Shown: piece after piece, positions 7,393 through 16,833 of the stretch | Numbering within the stretch: position 1 is the first letter of the stretch | Layout: the number at the start of each line of letters is the position of its first letter | Made by a program: the position numbers and the translations under genes | NCBI RefSeq assembly: GCF_000621645.1 | Contig: NZ_JHXR01000002.1 | Location: 240,001-272,000 of the forward strand | Direction of reading: 5' to 3' | Length of the DNA stretch: 32,000 nucleotides | Origin: Vibrio cholerae ATCC 14035 | Lineage (GTDB): Bacteria > Pseudomonadota > Gammaproteobacteria > Enterobacterales > Vibrionaceae | Notes under the pieces: generated by a model | The model's input: the letters and a program-made list of their open reading frames with translations, nothing else | Told to the model about the DNA's origin: nothing | Database searches by the model: none

Positions 7393-9372
7393 CTAGACCT
7401 TAAAGTGTGCAATGAGTTGTTGCTGCTTAGCTGCAAGATCAGCCAACACTTCACTGCTGTTGGCGGATTCACGCGCTTCACGCTCCGTTTCATGGGCAAC
7501 TTCTGCAATCCCAGTTACATGGTGCGCAACACTTTGACTGACTACGATTTGCTCTTGCGCCGCATGGGCAACTTGATCGGCCATCTCTTTAATCGCTCCC
7601 ATACGATCAGCGATCGATTGCAGCGCAGAATCCATTTCCCTTGTCTGCTCAACACAAGCACGAGTTTGCTCTTGGCTGCGCCCCATCACTTCGACCACTT
7701 GCTTACTCGACTCCTGCAAGTTCTCAATCATATGTTGGATCTCTTCGGTCGAGGTTTGAGTGCGCGTAGCCAAAGCACGAACTTCATCCGCCACCACCGC
7801 AAAACCGCGTCCGGCATCTCCGGCACGCGCGGCTTCAATCGCCGCATTGAGTGCCAACAAATTGGTTTGCTCGGCGATACCGCGGATCACATCCAAAATA
7901 CTGCCAATGTTATTACTAAACTCGCCCAGTTTATGGGTAATGCCCACGGCCGATTCCATATCACTCGCTAACTGCTCGGTAATACGACGTGTCGTGGCGA
8001 CCTTTTGACGCCCTTGTTTTGCTTCTGCATCCGCGCGATCCACCTCGTCTTTCGCACCATCGGTTGAACGCGCTACTTCGGTGGCACTGACTTCAAGCTC
8101 TGTAATGGCCGCTGCCACTTGGTCGGTTTGGCTCTTTTGTTCTTGCACCCGCGCCATAGCGCGTTCACTGATCTCCGCTGAGCGGCTTGCTTCATTCACC
8201 AGATGGCGTGAACCGGCGTTGATTTGTGACAGCAGCTCACCGGTTTTGTCCGCCAGAATGTCAATTGAACGAGAAAGCGCCCCAAACTCGCAACGAGTTG
8301 GGTAGTTAATGCGCCGTGTCATATCGCCTCGAGCCATATAAGCCAGCTCGTGATTAATTTTTTGCAACGGCTTTTGAATACTGCGCGCCGTGGTGTAACC
8401 AATCACTAACGCAACAGCAGCAGAAATCGCCGAGACCGCCATAATCCAGAAATTCGCACTGCTCACCGCAGCATCCGCCAGCATACGACTTTGCTGAGCA
8501 ATTGAGCCGGCATATTTCGCCATGTCATCCAGTTTCGCTAAGCTACTGGCAAGACTGGCATCGACCTGTTGGTTTTGAATGAGCAGAGCATTTTCCAACT
8601 GCTGCGCTTTACGCATGGTTGCCAGCAAACCATTTTGGCCCAAAGCGAGCTCTTGTAGGCGGTTGAGGTTTGCGATGTAGCGCGCTTTTACATCGTCAGG
8701 AACCAATACACGATCGAGTCGTTTTCTCGCCATTTCGATGTCTTTACTCAGAACTTTTTCCAGTTCATTTAAATCTGTCTTGGCATCCGCTCGGCGAATA
8801 TTTTTTAAATCGCGGGCAATTCCAGACGTGATCAGCTCAGCTTTGTTACGCATCGAACGTTGACCCGAGCTCTGTTGTAATAACAAATCGGCGGCCCATT
8901 GATAGGTATCCTCTAAGCGAATAAAGGCAATTTCTAATTTGCGACGCTGCGCCAGCGCATTCACCCATTCACTATGTTGAGTCAGTACTTGATCCGCTTG
9001 GCTATAAAACTGATTGGTGGCCTGTAACACATCTTGGAACTGCTTTTGGCTCTCGGTTGAATCCGTCAATGCGTTCATTTGCTGACTCAATTGTCGAAAG
9101 CGTGCTTGCTGATCTTTGAACTTGTTCGACAGTTGGGGGAGCTCACCAGCCTCTTCACTAGTGCGAAATTCCAGCACCCAACGGTTGCTCTCTTGTAACG
9201 CTTCCTTAAGACCCGCAACCGCCATCACTAAAGGTGTGGCTCGATCTGACACTTCTGATAACCCATCGTTAATACCGCGGATTTTCAAAGTACTAATGAC
9301 ACCTAATAGGATTAACAACAGGAGCATCAATACGAAGCCAGCGATAATGCGCTGCACGATAGATAAACCCAT
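7393..9372 (-). CDS. Methyl-accepting chemotaxis protein with a large all-helical (HBM-like) periplasmic domain
   Basis: ATG at 9372 has AGGA 8 nt upstream; the ORF-track start at 9393 is TTG. TM1 is followed by about 285 aa of helical periplasmic region, then TM2, HAMP and the signalling hairpin [35 protein letters not shown]. Confidence 0.92.
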   Translation of the reverse strand: MGLSIVQRIIAGFVLMLLLLILLGVISTLKIRGINDGLSEVSDRATPLVMAVAGLKEALQESNRWVLEFRTSEEAGELPQLSNKFKDQQARFRQLSQQMNALTDSTESQKQFQDVLQATNQFYSQADQVLTQHSEWVNALAQRRKLEIAFIRLEDTYQWAADLLLQQSSGQRSMRNKAELITSGIARDLKNIRRADAKTDLNELEKVLSKDIEMARKRLDRVLVPDDVKARYIANLNRLQELALGQNGLLATMRKAQQLENALLIQNQQVDASLASSLAKLDDMAKYAGSIAQQSRMLADAAVSSANFWIMAVSAISAAVALVIGYTTARSIQKPLQKINHELAYMARGDMTRRINYPTRCEFGALSRSIDILADKTGELLSQINAGSRHLVNEASRSAEISERAMARVQEQKSQTDQVAAAITELEVSATEVARSTDGAKDEVDRADAEAKQGRQKVATTRRITEQLASDMESAVGITHKLGEFSNNIGSILDVIRGIAEQTNLLALNAAIEAARAGDAGRGFAVVADEVRALATRTQTSTEEIQHMIENLQESSKQVVEVMGRSQEQTRACVEQTREMDSALQSIADRMGAIKEMADQVAHAAQEQIVVSQSVAHHVTGIAEVAHETEREARESANSSEVLADLAAKQQQLIAHFKV

Positions 9373-9575
9373 GAACCTATCCTCATGATTCAATGAAAAG
9401 ATACGTTAAACATAGACAGATTAAATAAAAGCCGCGAGTTGGACATCACGATTTGTGACACGCGCTTTTCGCGGTTGTTTAAATTAGGAAGGCTTGGTAT
9501 GGGATATTGGCCTACTTGAACCCTACGCACGCTCTGTCTACAATGGCGCACTTTTATCGAGTCAGGTCACATACA

Positions 9576-9824
9576 ATGAACAACACTACAGCAAAACCCA
9601 CCCTACCCGATCGCTTATCTGGTAATTCACGCAGCCCATTCTTTATCAAAGAGTGCTTTGAGCACCAAATCGGTATCCGTTTTAACGGTAAAGAGCGTAC
9701 CGATGTAGAAGAGTACTGCATCAGCGAAGGCTGGATTAAAATTCCATCACCAAAAGCGAAAGATCGCTACGGCAACCCTATGCTGATCCAATTGAAAGGC
9801 ACGGTTGAAGCTTATTACGTGTAA
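9576..9824 (+). CDS. DUF3297-like small protein (82 aa)
   Basis: I use the internal ATG at 9576; the ORF-track start at 9507 is TTG. The motifs PDRLS.NSRSPF, IGIRFNGKERTDVEEYCISEGWIK and GNPMLIQLKGTVEAYY match my memory of the DUF3297 family. Confidence 0.7.
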   Translation: MNNTTAKPTLPDRLSGNSRSPFFIKECFEHQIGIRFNGKERTDVEEYCISEGWIKIPSPKAKDRYGNPMLIQLKGTVEAYYV

Positions 9825-9868
9825 GTATTCACTTTCGTACAAAGGCATATTTTTATTGCTTGAGTCGT

Positions 9869-9906
9869 AAAAAAACCGCCTCTAGAAATAGAAAGGCGGT
9901 TTTTTA
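9869..9906. terminator. Bidirectional rho-independent terminator between convergent genes
   Basis: aaccgcct (9874-9881) pairs with aggcggtt (9894-9901). An A-run lies on the left and a T-run on the right. Confidence 0.85.
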
Positions 9907-9917
9907 TTTTCGTTCGC

Positions 9918-10970
9918 TTATCGCTGACGACGCGCTTCAATCGCAGCAGCCAGTTGGCGAAGTACTGTTTCGGTGTCTTCCCAGCCAATACACGCATCCG
10001 TGATGGATTGACCGTAAGTCAGATTACAACCTGGGGTCAGATCCTGACGTCCCTCAACGAGATGCGATTCAATCATCACCCCGAAGATAGCATGCTCGCC
10101 TTGCGCAATCTGCGCCGCAACATCTTCCGCCACTACCATTTGACGTTTGAACTGCTTAGAGCTGTTCGCGTGACTGAAATCGATCATCACTTTCTGTGGT
10201 AAGCCAGCCACTTCCAGCTCTTGCTTGATATTGCTCACGTGCGCCGCGCTGTAGTTGGGTTCTTTACCGCCACGCAGAATAATGTGGCAATCTGGGTTAC
10301 CTGCGGTTTCGACAATCGCCGAATGACCAAACTTGGTAACAGACAAGAAGTGGTGAGAGGCACCAGCAGAGCGAATCGCATCAGACGCGATTTTAATGTT
10401 GCCATCGGTACCGTTTTTGAAACCTACAGGGCAAGACAACCCCGAAGCCAATTCACGATGCACTTGTGATTCAGTGGTGCGTGCTCCGATCGCGCCCCAA
10501 CTGATCAAATCCGCCACGTACTGCGGCGTGATCATGTCGAGAAACTCACTCGCGGTCGGCATCCCCATGTCGGTCAGATCCAGCAGCAATTTACGCCCCA
10601 TGCGTAGGCCATCATTGATCTCATAAGTGTCATTGAGATACGGATCGTTGATCAGACCTTTCCAACCCACTGTGGTACGTGGCTTCTCAAAATATACGCG
10701 CATCACGATTTCTAACTGACCACTGAGCTCATCACGCAGTGCTTTTAGGCGCTGACCATATTCAATCGCTGCTTTCGGGTCATGAATAGAGCATGGACCA
10801 ATCACCACCAACAAGCGATCGTCTTTATCTTGCAGCATGTTATGAATCGCTTCGCGCGCTTGAAACGTCGTGGACGACGCCGTTTCGGTCGCTGGGAATT
10901 TCTCTAACACCGCGACTGGTGGCAGTAGCTCTTTAATCTTCTTAATTTTTACATCATCAGTTTGAAACAT
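9918..10970 (-). CDS. aroG: 3-deoxy-7-phosphoheptulonate (DAHP) synthase, class I, AroG-like
   Basis: ATG at 10970 has AAGGAAG upstream; the ORF-track start at 11084 is TTG. The 350-aa product is near-colinear with E. coli AroG (IKKIKELLPPVAVLEKFPATE, LLVVIGPCSIHDP, RVYFEKPRTTVGWKGLINDP, GARTTESQVHRELASGLSCPVGFKNGTDG). Confidence 0.9.
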   Translation of the reverse strand: MFQTDDVKIKKIKELLPPVAVLEKFPATETASSTTFQAREAIHNMLQDKDDRLLVVIGPCSIHDPKAAIEYGQRLKALRDELSGQLEIVMRVYFEKPRTTVGWKGLINDPYLNDTYEINDGLRMGRKLLLDLTDMGMPTASEFLDMITPQYVADLISWGAIGARTTESQVHRELASGLSCPVGFKNGTDGNIKIASDAIRSAGASHHFLSVTKFGHSAIVETAGNPDCHIILRGGKEPNYSAAHVSNIKQELEVAGLPQKVMIDFSHANSSKQFKRQMVVAEDVAAQIAQGEHAIFGVMIESHLVEGRQDLTPGCNLTYGQSITDACIGWEDTETVLRQLAAAIEARRQR

Positions 10971-11138
10971 CGTTACTTCTTCCTTTACTTTCTGGTTACC
11001 TTGCCAGTCAACGGCTCCAGCCTTGGTAATCACTGCACCTGTCGTTTCTTCGGGTAACTTATCGGCACTTGAAAAATATCGCAAGCACTATTTTTAAATA
11101 AAGGCAAGATTCCACTTTTCTTTACAGGAAAAACAAGA

Positions 11139-11156
11139 TGTAAATAATAAATTACA
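11139..11156. promoter_or_regulatory. TyrR box (TGTAAA-N6-TTTACA type)
   Basis: TGTAAATAATAAATTACA matches 11 of the 12 arm positions of the consensus. It lies in the divergent region between aroG and the ABC operon. Confidence 0.6.
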
Positions 11157-11271
11157 CCCTATTGAGTAAGCCTTAGCCACTCAAAAAACGGCTCAGTAAA
11201 ACCGAATCAATTAATGCATTGTGAGTTTTATGTTGCTAAGGTAGGGCAATAAGAATCACAAAGATAACAAG

Positions 11272-11991
11272 ATGAAAGTGATAGAGTTTCACCAAGTCAG
11301 CAAATGGTACGGTCAATTTCAAGCGCTCAAATCGATTTCTCTTACGGTCAATAAAGGAGAGATTGTGGTGATTTGTGGTCCTTCCGGCTCCGGAAAATCA
11401 ACCCTAATCCGCACCGTAAATGGCTTAGAAAGTATTGATAGCGGTGAAATTATCGTTTTACCCGAATTGGATGAACGCACGCGACGCAGCGGTAAGATCG
11501 GCATGGTGTTTCAGCATTTCAACCTGTTTCCACATCTAACCGTATTGGAAAATCTCACCCTCGCGCCCATCCGCACGCTCAAGCTCTCTGCGCAAGAAGC
11601 CAAGGAGCGTGCTTATCATTTTCTGCAACGGGTGAAGATCACCGATCAAACACATAAGTACCCGATTCAACTCTCTGGCGGCCAGCAACAACGGGTAGCG
11701 ATTGCTCGCTCCCTGTGCATGCAACCGGAGATTTTGCTGTTTGATGAACCTACGTCCGCGCTCGATCCTGAAACCATTAACGAGGTACTCGAAGTGATGG
11801 TCGACCTCGCGCAAGATGGCATTACCATGATGTGCGTGACTCATGAAATGGGCTTTGCGCGTAAAGTCGCGCACCGCGTGATGTTCATGGATGAAGGGGA
11901 AATTCTCGAAGTGGGTTCACCCGAACAGTTGTTCCAAAACCCAACGCATCCACGTACCCAACAATTTCTCAATCAGATCCTGAGCCATTGA
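11272..11991 (+). CDS. Polar amino-acid ABC transporter, ATP-binding protein (GlnQ/HisP family)
   Basis: Walker A GPSGSGKST, signature LSGGQQQRVAIAR, Walker B ILLFDEPTSALD and H-loop VTHEMGFA are all present. Confidence 0.93.
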   Translation: MKVIEFHQVSKWYGQFQALKSISLTVNKGEIVVICGPSGSGKSTLIRTVNGLESIDSGEIIVLPELDERTRRSGKIGMVFQHFNLFPHLTVLENLTLAPIRTLKLSAQEAKERAYHFLQRVKITDQTHKYPIQLSGGQQQRVAIARSLCMQPEILLFDEPTSALDPETINEVLEVMVDLAQDGITMMCVTHEMGFARKVAHRVMFMDEGEILEVGSPEQLFQNPTHPRTQQFLNQILSH

Positions 11992-12788
11992 TGATAAAAC
12001 GCTTTTTCCGCCCTCTGCTGTTTGCCGCCCTGCAAATGATGTTAGTGTTTGCCGGATTGGTCTGGCTACTCGATTCCGGCGCAGAGGCGATGGGCTATAC
12101 ATGGCAGTGGCATCGCGTGCCTGAGTATGTGTTGATTTTTGAAGACGGCGAATGGTGGGCAGGTGATTTACTGCACGGCCTGTTGGTCACATTGCAGCTC
12201 ACTGGGATCAGTTTGATTTTCACTTTGGCTTTGGGTTTAACCACCGCTTTGCTGCGTCAGTCACGTTCACTGGTCGGGCGAGCTTTAGGCACCGGATACA
12301 TCGCGGTAGTTCGCAACACGCCGCTTTTGGTGCAAATTTACCTCCTCTACTTTGTGTTTGGCCCCGTCATTGGGCTCGACCGCTTTGCCACCGCGGTGCT
12401 TGCCCTCGCTCTGTTTCAAGGAGCGTATACCGCAGAGGTATTTCGCGGCGGGTTAAACAGCATTCCGCAAGGCCAGTATGAAGCGGCACGCTCGCTAGGC
12501 TTATCGCGCTTTTTTACCTTTTACGATGTGATCCTACCGCAACTTCTGCAACGTACATTACCTCCACTGACCAATGAGATGGTGTCGCTGATTAAAAACT
12601 CGTCTATTGTCAGTGTGATGGCGATTTTTGATCTCACCACTCAGGGACGAAATATCGTCTCGGAAACCGCGATGCCGTTTGAGATCTGGTTCAGCGTCGC
12701 GGCGATCTATCTGTTGTTAACCCTGACTCTATCAGCGTTATCAGCTTGGCTAGAACATAAACTGGGCGCGCAGTGGCGCTCACCATAA
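11991..12788 (+). CDS. Polar amino-acid ABC transporter permease 1
   Basis: The ATG overlaps the ATPase stop (TGATG). The product is multi-TM and carries the EAA-type loop QGQYEAARSLGLSRFFTFYDVILPQ. Confidence 0.9.
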   Translation: MIKRFFRPLLFAALQMMLVFAGLVWLLDSGAEAMGYTWQWHRVPEYVLIFEDGEWWAGDLLHGLLVTLQLTGISLIFTLALGLTTALLRQSRSLVGRALGTGYIAVVRNTPLLVQIYLLYFVFGPVIGLDRFATAVLALALFQGAYTAEVFRGGLNSIPQGQYEAARSLGLSRFFTFYDVILPQLLQRTLPPLTNEMVSLIKNSSIVSVMAIFDLTTQGRNIVSETAMPFEIWFSVAAIYLLLTLTLSALSAWLEHKLGAQWRSP

Positions 12789-12823
12789 CGCGAAAAAATG
12801 CGCGAAATAAAAAGGGAACTCTT

Positions 12824-13660
12824 ATGCAATTATTCGGACAACGTTTAGGTCGATTCAGCGTTAAAACCTTACTTACGGGCTTGTTGGGTCTGGCTTTCAC
12901 TTTGCCAGCAGTGGCGAGCGACACACCCAATCTTGATGCGATTAAAGAGCGTGGCACGCTGCGCGTGGGTATGTCGACCTTTGTGCCTTGGGCAATGCGC
13001 GATAAGCAGGGTGAGCTGATTGGCTTTGAGATTGATGTCGCTAAACGCTTAGCCGCCGACTCAGGTTGGCAAGTGGAATTTGTGCCGACCGCATGGGATG
13101 GCATTATTCCCGCTCTGCTGGCCAAAAAATTTGATGTGATCATTGGCGGAATGTCGGTCACGCCTGAGCGTTCAAAAAGTGTGCTGTTTACTGCACCCTA
13201 CTCACACTCTGGTGTGCAACTCGCTGCCAATAAAAAGCTCGCGGAAGGTTTTACTCAGCTCGAAGACTTTAATAAGCGCAACGTAAAAATCGCGGCTCGC
13301 CGAGGTGCTTTTACCGTGCAAGTGGCGCGTGAAACCTTCCCGAAAGCCAGCGTGCTGCAATTTGATGACGATGCCCAAGCTTTCCAAGAAGTAATCAACG
13401 GCAACGCGCATGCGGTGATTGCTTCAAGCCCAAAACCCGAGCATGAAAGCATCAAACACAGTGATTCGCTGTTCCTTCCTTTCAGTGAGCGTTTAAGTAA
13501 AGGCAATGAAGCGTTTGCAGTGCGTTTAGGGGAAGAAGATAAGAAAGCCTTTTTTGATCAATGGATTGCGGACCGCACTGCTGATGGCTGGCTGCAAGCG
13601 CGTTACGAATACTGGTTCTCCACTTTAGATTGGCAGGATCAGATCGCCTCAGGTCAGTAA
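12824..13660 (+). CDS. Amino-acid ABC transporter periplasmic binding protein (SBP family 3)
   Basis: ATG at 12824 has AAAGGGA upstream; the ORF-track start at 12773 is GTG. The signal peptide is LLGLAFTLPAVASD. The family-3 motifs GTLRVGM and GFEIDVAKRLA...FDVIIGGMSVTPER are present. Confidence 0.9.
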   Translation: MQLFGQRLGRFSVKTLLTGLLGLAFTLPAVASDTPNLDAIKERGTLRVGMSTFVPWAMRDKQGELIGFEIDVAKRLAADSGWQVEFVPTAWDGIIPALLAKKFDVIIGGMSVTPERSKSVLFTAPYSHSGVQLAANKKLAEGFTQLEDFNKRNVKIAARRGAFTVQVARETFPKASVLQFDDDAQAFQEVINGNAHAVIASSPKPEHESIKHSDSLFLPFSERLSKGNEAFAVRLGEEDKKAFFDQWIADRTADGWLQARYEYWFSTLDWQDQIASGQ

Positions 13661-14557
13661 ATGAATAACTATGGCGCAAAATCCTCCTCGGGCTATCGTT
13701 TTACTTTGCTGGATGGCGGATTACTGCTCGCAATCGCCAGCCTCATCGGCTGGCTCTATTACCGTTCGGAAGTAGGCATTCACTATCAGTGGCATTGGCG
13801 TGAAGCGTGGACGCTAATTTTCACGCCGCGTGCCGATGGCAGCTTGCCCTACTTCTTACAAGGCTTAGGCGCAACGTTACGTTTAAGCTTGTGGGGCATG
13901 GTACTGGCTTTAGTGTTAGGGTCACTGATCGGCATCGCGCGCAGCCAAAAGGCGTGGTTTGTGCGTTTACCCGCTAACGCATTTGTACAGCTAGTACGCA
14001 ATATTCCACCACTGGTGTTTGTGTTTATCTTCTATTTTTTCATCTCCAATCAACTCATCCCGCTACTGGGTTTGGATGAGTTACTGCGCTACCACACAGC
14101 GGAAGTTCACCCGCTGATCACTTGGCTGTTTGGCCCTGCCCGCTTGTGGGAAAACTTGTTGTCCGGCGTGTTGTGTATCGGGTTGCTCTCTTCTGCTTAT
14201 ATTGCTGAAATCGTACGAGCGGGGCTCGCCAACATCCCACAGGGACAATGGGAGGCCGCGGATTCGCTTGGCTTGCCAACGTGGGGCAAATACCGCTATG
14301 TGATTGCCCCACAAGTGCTGACCGCCATTACCCCAGCGCTGGCTGGGCAGACAATATCCCTCATCAAAGACACGTCGATCATCTCGCTGATTTCGATTCA
14401 AGAACTGACCTTTGTCGGCAGCGAAATCGCCAACTCATCTGGACTAATTTTTGAGATTTGGCTGATTGTCGGCGCAGCCTATCTGGTGCTTTGCCTCACG
14501 CTGTCTATGCTGTTTAAGCAAGTAGAGAAGCGCAGCTTACGCCATTTAAGCCGTTGA
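13661..14557 (+). CDS. Polar amino-acid ABC transporter permease 2
   Basis: The start abuts the previous stop (TAAATG). The product is multi-TM and carries the EAA loop QGQWEAADSLGLPTWGKYRYVIAPQ. Confidence 0.9.
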   Translation: MNNYGAKSSSGYRFTLLDGGLLLAIASLIGWLYYRSEVGIHYQWHWREAWTLIFTPRADGSLPYFLQGLGATLRLSLWGMVLALVLGSLIGIARSQKAWFVRLPANAFVQLVRNIPPLVFVFIFYFFISNQLIPLLGLDELLRYHTAEVHPLITWLFGPARLWENLLSGVLCIGLLSSAYIAEIVRAGLANIPQGQWEAADSLGLPTWGKYRYVIAPQVLTAITPALAGQTISLIKDTSIISLISIQELTFVGSEIANSSGLIFEIWLIVGAAYLVLCLTLSMLFKQVEKRSLRHLSR

Positions 14558-14571
14558 ACGATGAAAGACGG

Positions 14572-14613
14572 TATCGAAGCAAAGCCAGTTTAGCGATTGC
14601 TTCGATATTTTTG
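14572..14613 (+). terminator. Rho-independent terminator of the ABC operon
   Basis: tatcgaagcaa (14572-14582) pairs with ttgcttcgata (14597-14607), followed by TTTTT. Confidence 0.8.
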
Positions 14614-14669
14614 AGAATAAATATCAATTAGACTGAAACTTCAAAACCTCAATAGACAAAGGTGACCCC

Positions 14670-16373
14670 ATGAATTCACAAGTCACACACTGGTTGGCCA
14701 GAGATCCGGATCCTAAGACTCGTCAAGAACTGCAACAGTTGATCGATACTCAGCAAGACGCGCAGATTGCCGAGCGCTTTCAATCACGCCTTGAATTTGG
14801 TACTGCGGGTTTGCGTGGCAAAGTCGGCTGTGGCCCTAACCGAATGAACCGTTTAGTGATCCAAGAAACGGCGGCGGGTCTGGGGCATTACTTGATTGCT
14901 CAATTACCCGATGCCAAAAGCCGCGGCGTAGTGATTGGTTACGATGGCCGCCCAGATTCAAAGCAGTTTGCTCACGATACCGCAAGCGTGCTGACTTCAC
15001 TCGGCATCAAAACCTATTTGACCTACCAAGTCGCGGCGACCCCTATCGTGGCTTTCGGCGTACGCCATTTCAATGCGGCCGCCGCAGTTGTAGTAACCGC
15101 AAGCCACAACCCGCCGGAATACAACGGATTTAAAGTGTATTGGGAAAACGGCGCGCAAATTATTCCGCCGCATGATGCAGGTATTGCGGCTTGTATTGAC
15201 CAAGCGGCGCAGCAAGCGATCCCTTACCTCGCCCTTGAACAGGCTGAGCAACAAGGCCTGCTGCATTGGCTGCGTGATGAGTATTACCAAACTTACCGTA
15301 AAACGATTGGTGCAAGCCCACTCTTGCAGCATCACACTAAGCCGCAAGCGCTAAGCTTGGCTTACACCGCGATGCATGGCGTGGGTGCCAATATGGCAGA
15401 AACCTTACTCGCCGATGTCGGTTTTACTCACGTCAGCAGCGTGAAGGAACAGCGCGAGCCGGATGGCACATTCCCAACCGTCAACTTCCCGAACCCTGAA
15501 GAAGCGGGCGGGATGGATATGGTGATGGCACTGGCCAAAAAAGTCGGCGCTCAGCTTGCTTGTGCGAATGATCCCGATGCGGATCGCTTTGCGGTTGCCG
15601 CGCGTAAAGCCGATGGCGAATATCAAATGCTGACCGGCGATCAAGTCGGCTCACTGTTTGGTCACTATCTGCTCTCGCAAACCGATGCTCATCGTCAACT
15701 GGTCGGCAACACTATCGTCTCTTCCAGCTTGCTCAGCAAAATCGCCGCAGCTCATGGCGCGCGTTATTACCAAACCCTCACTGGTTTCAAATGGTTGACC
15801 AACGTGGCGATGCAAGAGCAAACCGAGCAGCACCAATTCCTGTTCGCTTATGAAGAAGCCTTGGGATACACCATTGGTAGCACAGTGTGGGATAAGGATG
15901 GCTTGTCTGCTCTGGTTGCGTTTGCTCAACTGGCGGCAGAGCTGAATGCGCAAGGCAAAACGGTATGGGATCAGCTTGAAGCCCTGTATCGCCAGCATGG
16001 CCTGCACGTGAATGCGCAGCGCAGCATTGCGCTGGATCCGAACTCGCCACCGGTGGGTGATAAATTGCGTGCCACGCCACCAAAGGACATTGCAGGACGT
16101 AAAGTGCTCATCGTGGAAGATTTTAAACTGGCACGCCGCACCTTTGCCGATGACAAAACCGAAACGATTACCCTGCCAACCAGTGATGTGCTCATTTACC
16201 ATCTGGACGGTGGCGCTCGCGTGATTGTGCGCCCATCGGGTACTGAACCTAAGCTCAAGTGCTACTACGAGGTAGTGACGCCGTTTGCGGCTGGGGAAGA
16301 TTTTGTGAGCGCGCAAGAGCGGGCCGATGAGCAGATGTCGCTGCTGATTGCAGAGCATCAAACCAGCTTGTAA
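14670..16373 (+). CDS. Alpha-D-phosphohexomutase family enzyme (phosphomannomutase / phosphoglucomutase, PgcA/PGM2-like)
   Basis: 567 aa. It has the phosphoserine loop TASHNPPEYNGFK, the metal loop ANDPDADRF, the sugar loop YEEALGY and N-terminal GTAGLRG. The SD is AAAGGTGA. Confidence 0.9.
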   Translation: MNSQVTHWLARDPDPKTRQELQQLIDTQQDAQIAERFQSRLEFGTAGLRGKVGCGPNRMNRLVIQETAAGLGHYLIAQLPDAKSRGVVIGYDGRPDSKQFAHDTASVLTSLGIKTYLTYQVAATPIVAFGVRHFNAAAAVVVTASHNPPEYNGFKVYWENGAQIIPPHDAGIAACIDQAAQQAIPYLALEQAEQQGLLHWLRDEYYQTYRKTIGASPLLQHHTKPQALSLAYTAMHGVGANMAETLLADVGFTHVSSVKEQREPDGTFPTVNFPNPEEAGGMDMVMALAKKVGAQLACANDPDADRFAVAARKADGEYQMLTGDQVGSLFGHYLLSQTDAHRQLVGNTIVSSSLLSKIAAAHGARYYQTLTGFKWLTNVAMQEQTEQHQFLFAYEEALGYTIGSTVWDKDGLSALVAFAQLAAELNAQGKTVWDQLEALYRQHGLHVNAQRSIALDPNSPPVGDKLRATPPKDIAGRKVLIVEDFKLARRTFADDKTETITLPTSDVLIYHLDGGARVIVRPSGTEPKLKCYYEVVTPFAAGEDFVSAQERADEQMSLLIAEHQTSL

Positions 16374-16395
16374 TCTCCCAATAGATATATGCACT

Positions 16396-16433
16396 AAGTA
16401 AACAAAGAGAGATTTATCTCTCTTTGTTTACTT
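16396..16433. terminator. Bidirectional terminator hairpin (17-bp stem); contains the bactofilin stop codon
   Basis: aagtaaacaaagagaga / tctctctttgtttactt is a perfect inverted repeat with loop ttta. Confidence 0.8.
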
Positions 16434-16833
16434 AATTTTCAATGGCAACTTTGGTCTCTGGAAATTCAACCACTTGATGCTGATGTAAAGAGTTTATATC
16501 ACCTGTAAAACGACCGCCTGGCTCGATACTCAAATCATCACTACACAAAGTGCCGTTAACACAACCCTTGCTGAAAATCTGTATTTTTTCTGCGTGGGCG
16601 GTTCCTTCAAAGAAGCCATTAATGATTAGATGTTCGGCAAACACTTCTCCATGTATCGTGCCACTTTCACTGACAACAAGAGTCTTATCGACATGTAATT
16701 TACCTTCAACTAAACCATCAACTTGAATGCAGTTTTCTACCTTTAACTCTCCGGAAAAATGGCTTCCTTTTGCGATGAGAGTTGTAGCTGAGAGCTGACT
16801 CTTTGCTCGGCGTTGTTTACTAAATATTCCCAT
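16432..16833 (-). CDS. Bactofilin (polymer-forming cytoskeletal protein, DUF583/CcmA family)
   Basis: 133 aa. The N-terminus MGIFSKQRR resembles the bactofilin membrane-targeting peptide. Repetitive beta-helix segments follow (IAKGSHFSGELKVENCIQVDGLVEGKLHVDKTLVVSESGTIHGEV...). A strong SD, AAGAGGA, is present. Confidence 0.85.
   Translation of the reverse strand: MGIFSKQRRAKSQLSATTLIAKGSHFSGELKVENCIQVDGLVEGKLHVDKTLVVSESGTIHGEVFAEHLIINGFFEGTAHAEKIQIFSKGCVNGTLCSDDLSIEPGGRFTGDINSLHQHQVVEFPETKVAIEN

Noticed and set aside
9497-9530. cctacttgaa and gtatggg strings resembling ERIC ends in the spacer between MCP2 and the DUF3297-like gene.
   Set aside because: Only about 10 nt match, and no alignable second arm or core is present. 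This is insufficient to call a repeat remnant.
9507-9575. N-terminal extensions given in the ORF track (9507, 9393, 11084, 11988, 12773, 24129, 24263, 27094, 27854).
   Set aside because: These start at TTG or GTG codons without an SD. Downstream ATG codons have good SD sequences and yield N-termini that match the families (signal peptides, AroG, the LysR HTH).
12691-13161. A 156-aa minus-strand ORF across the junction between permease 1 and the binding protein.
   Set aside because: It is antisense to two well-supported ABC transporter genes and has no domain or SD.
15651-16394. A 247-aa ORF antisense to the phosphohexomutase gene.
   Set aside because: The sense gene has unambiguous catalytic motifs. 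The antisense product is low-complexity (R/H/Q/L-rich), has no recognisable domain and no SD. Long antisense ORFs are common opposite codon-biased genes.
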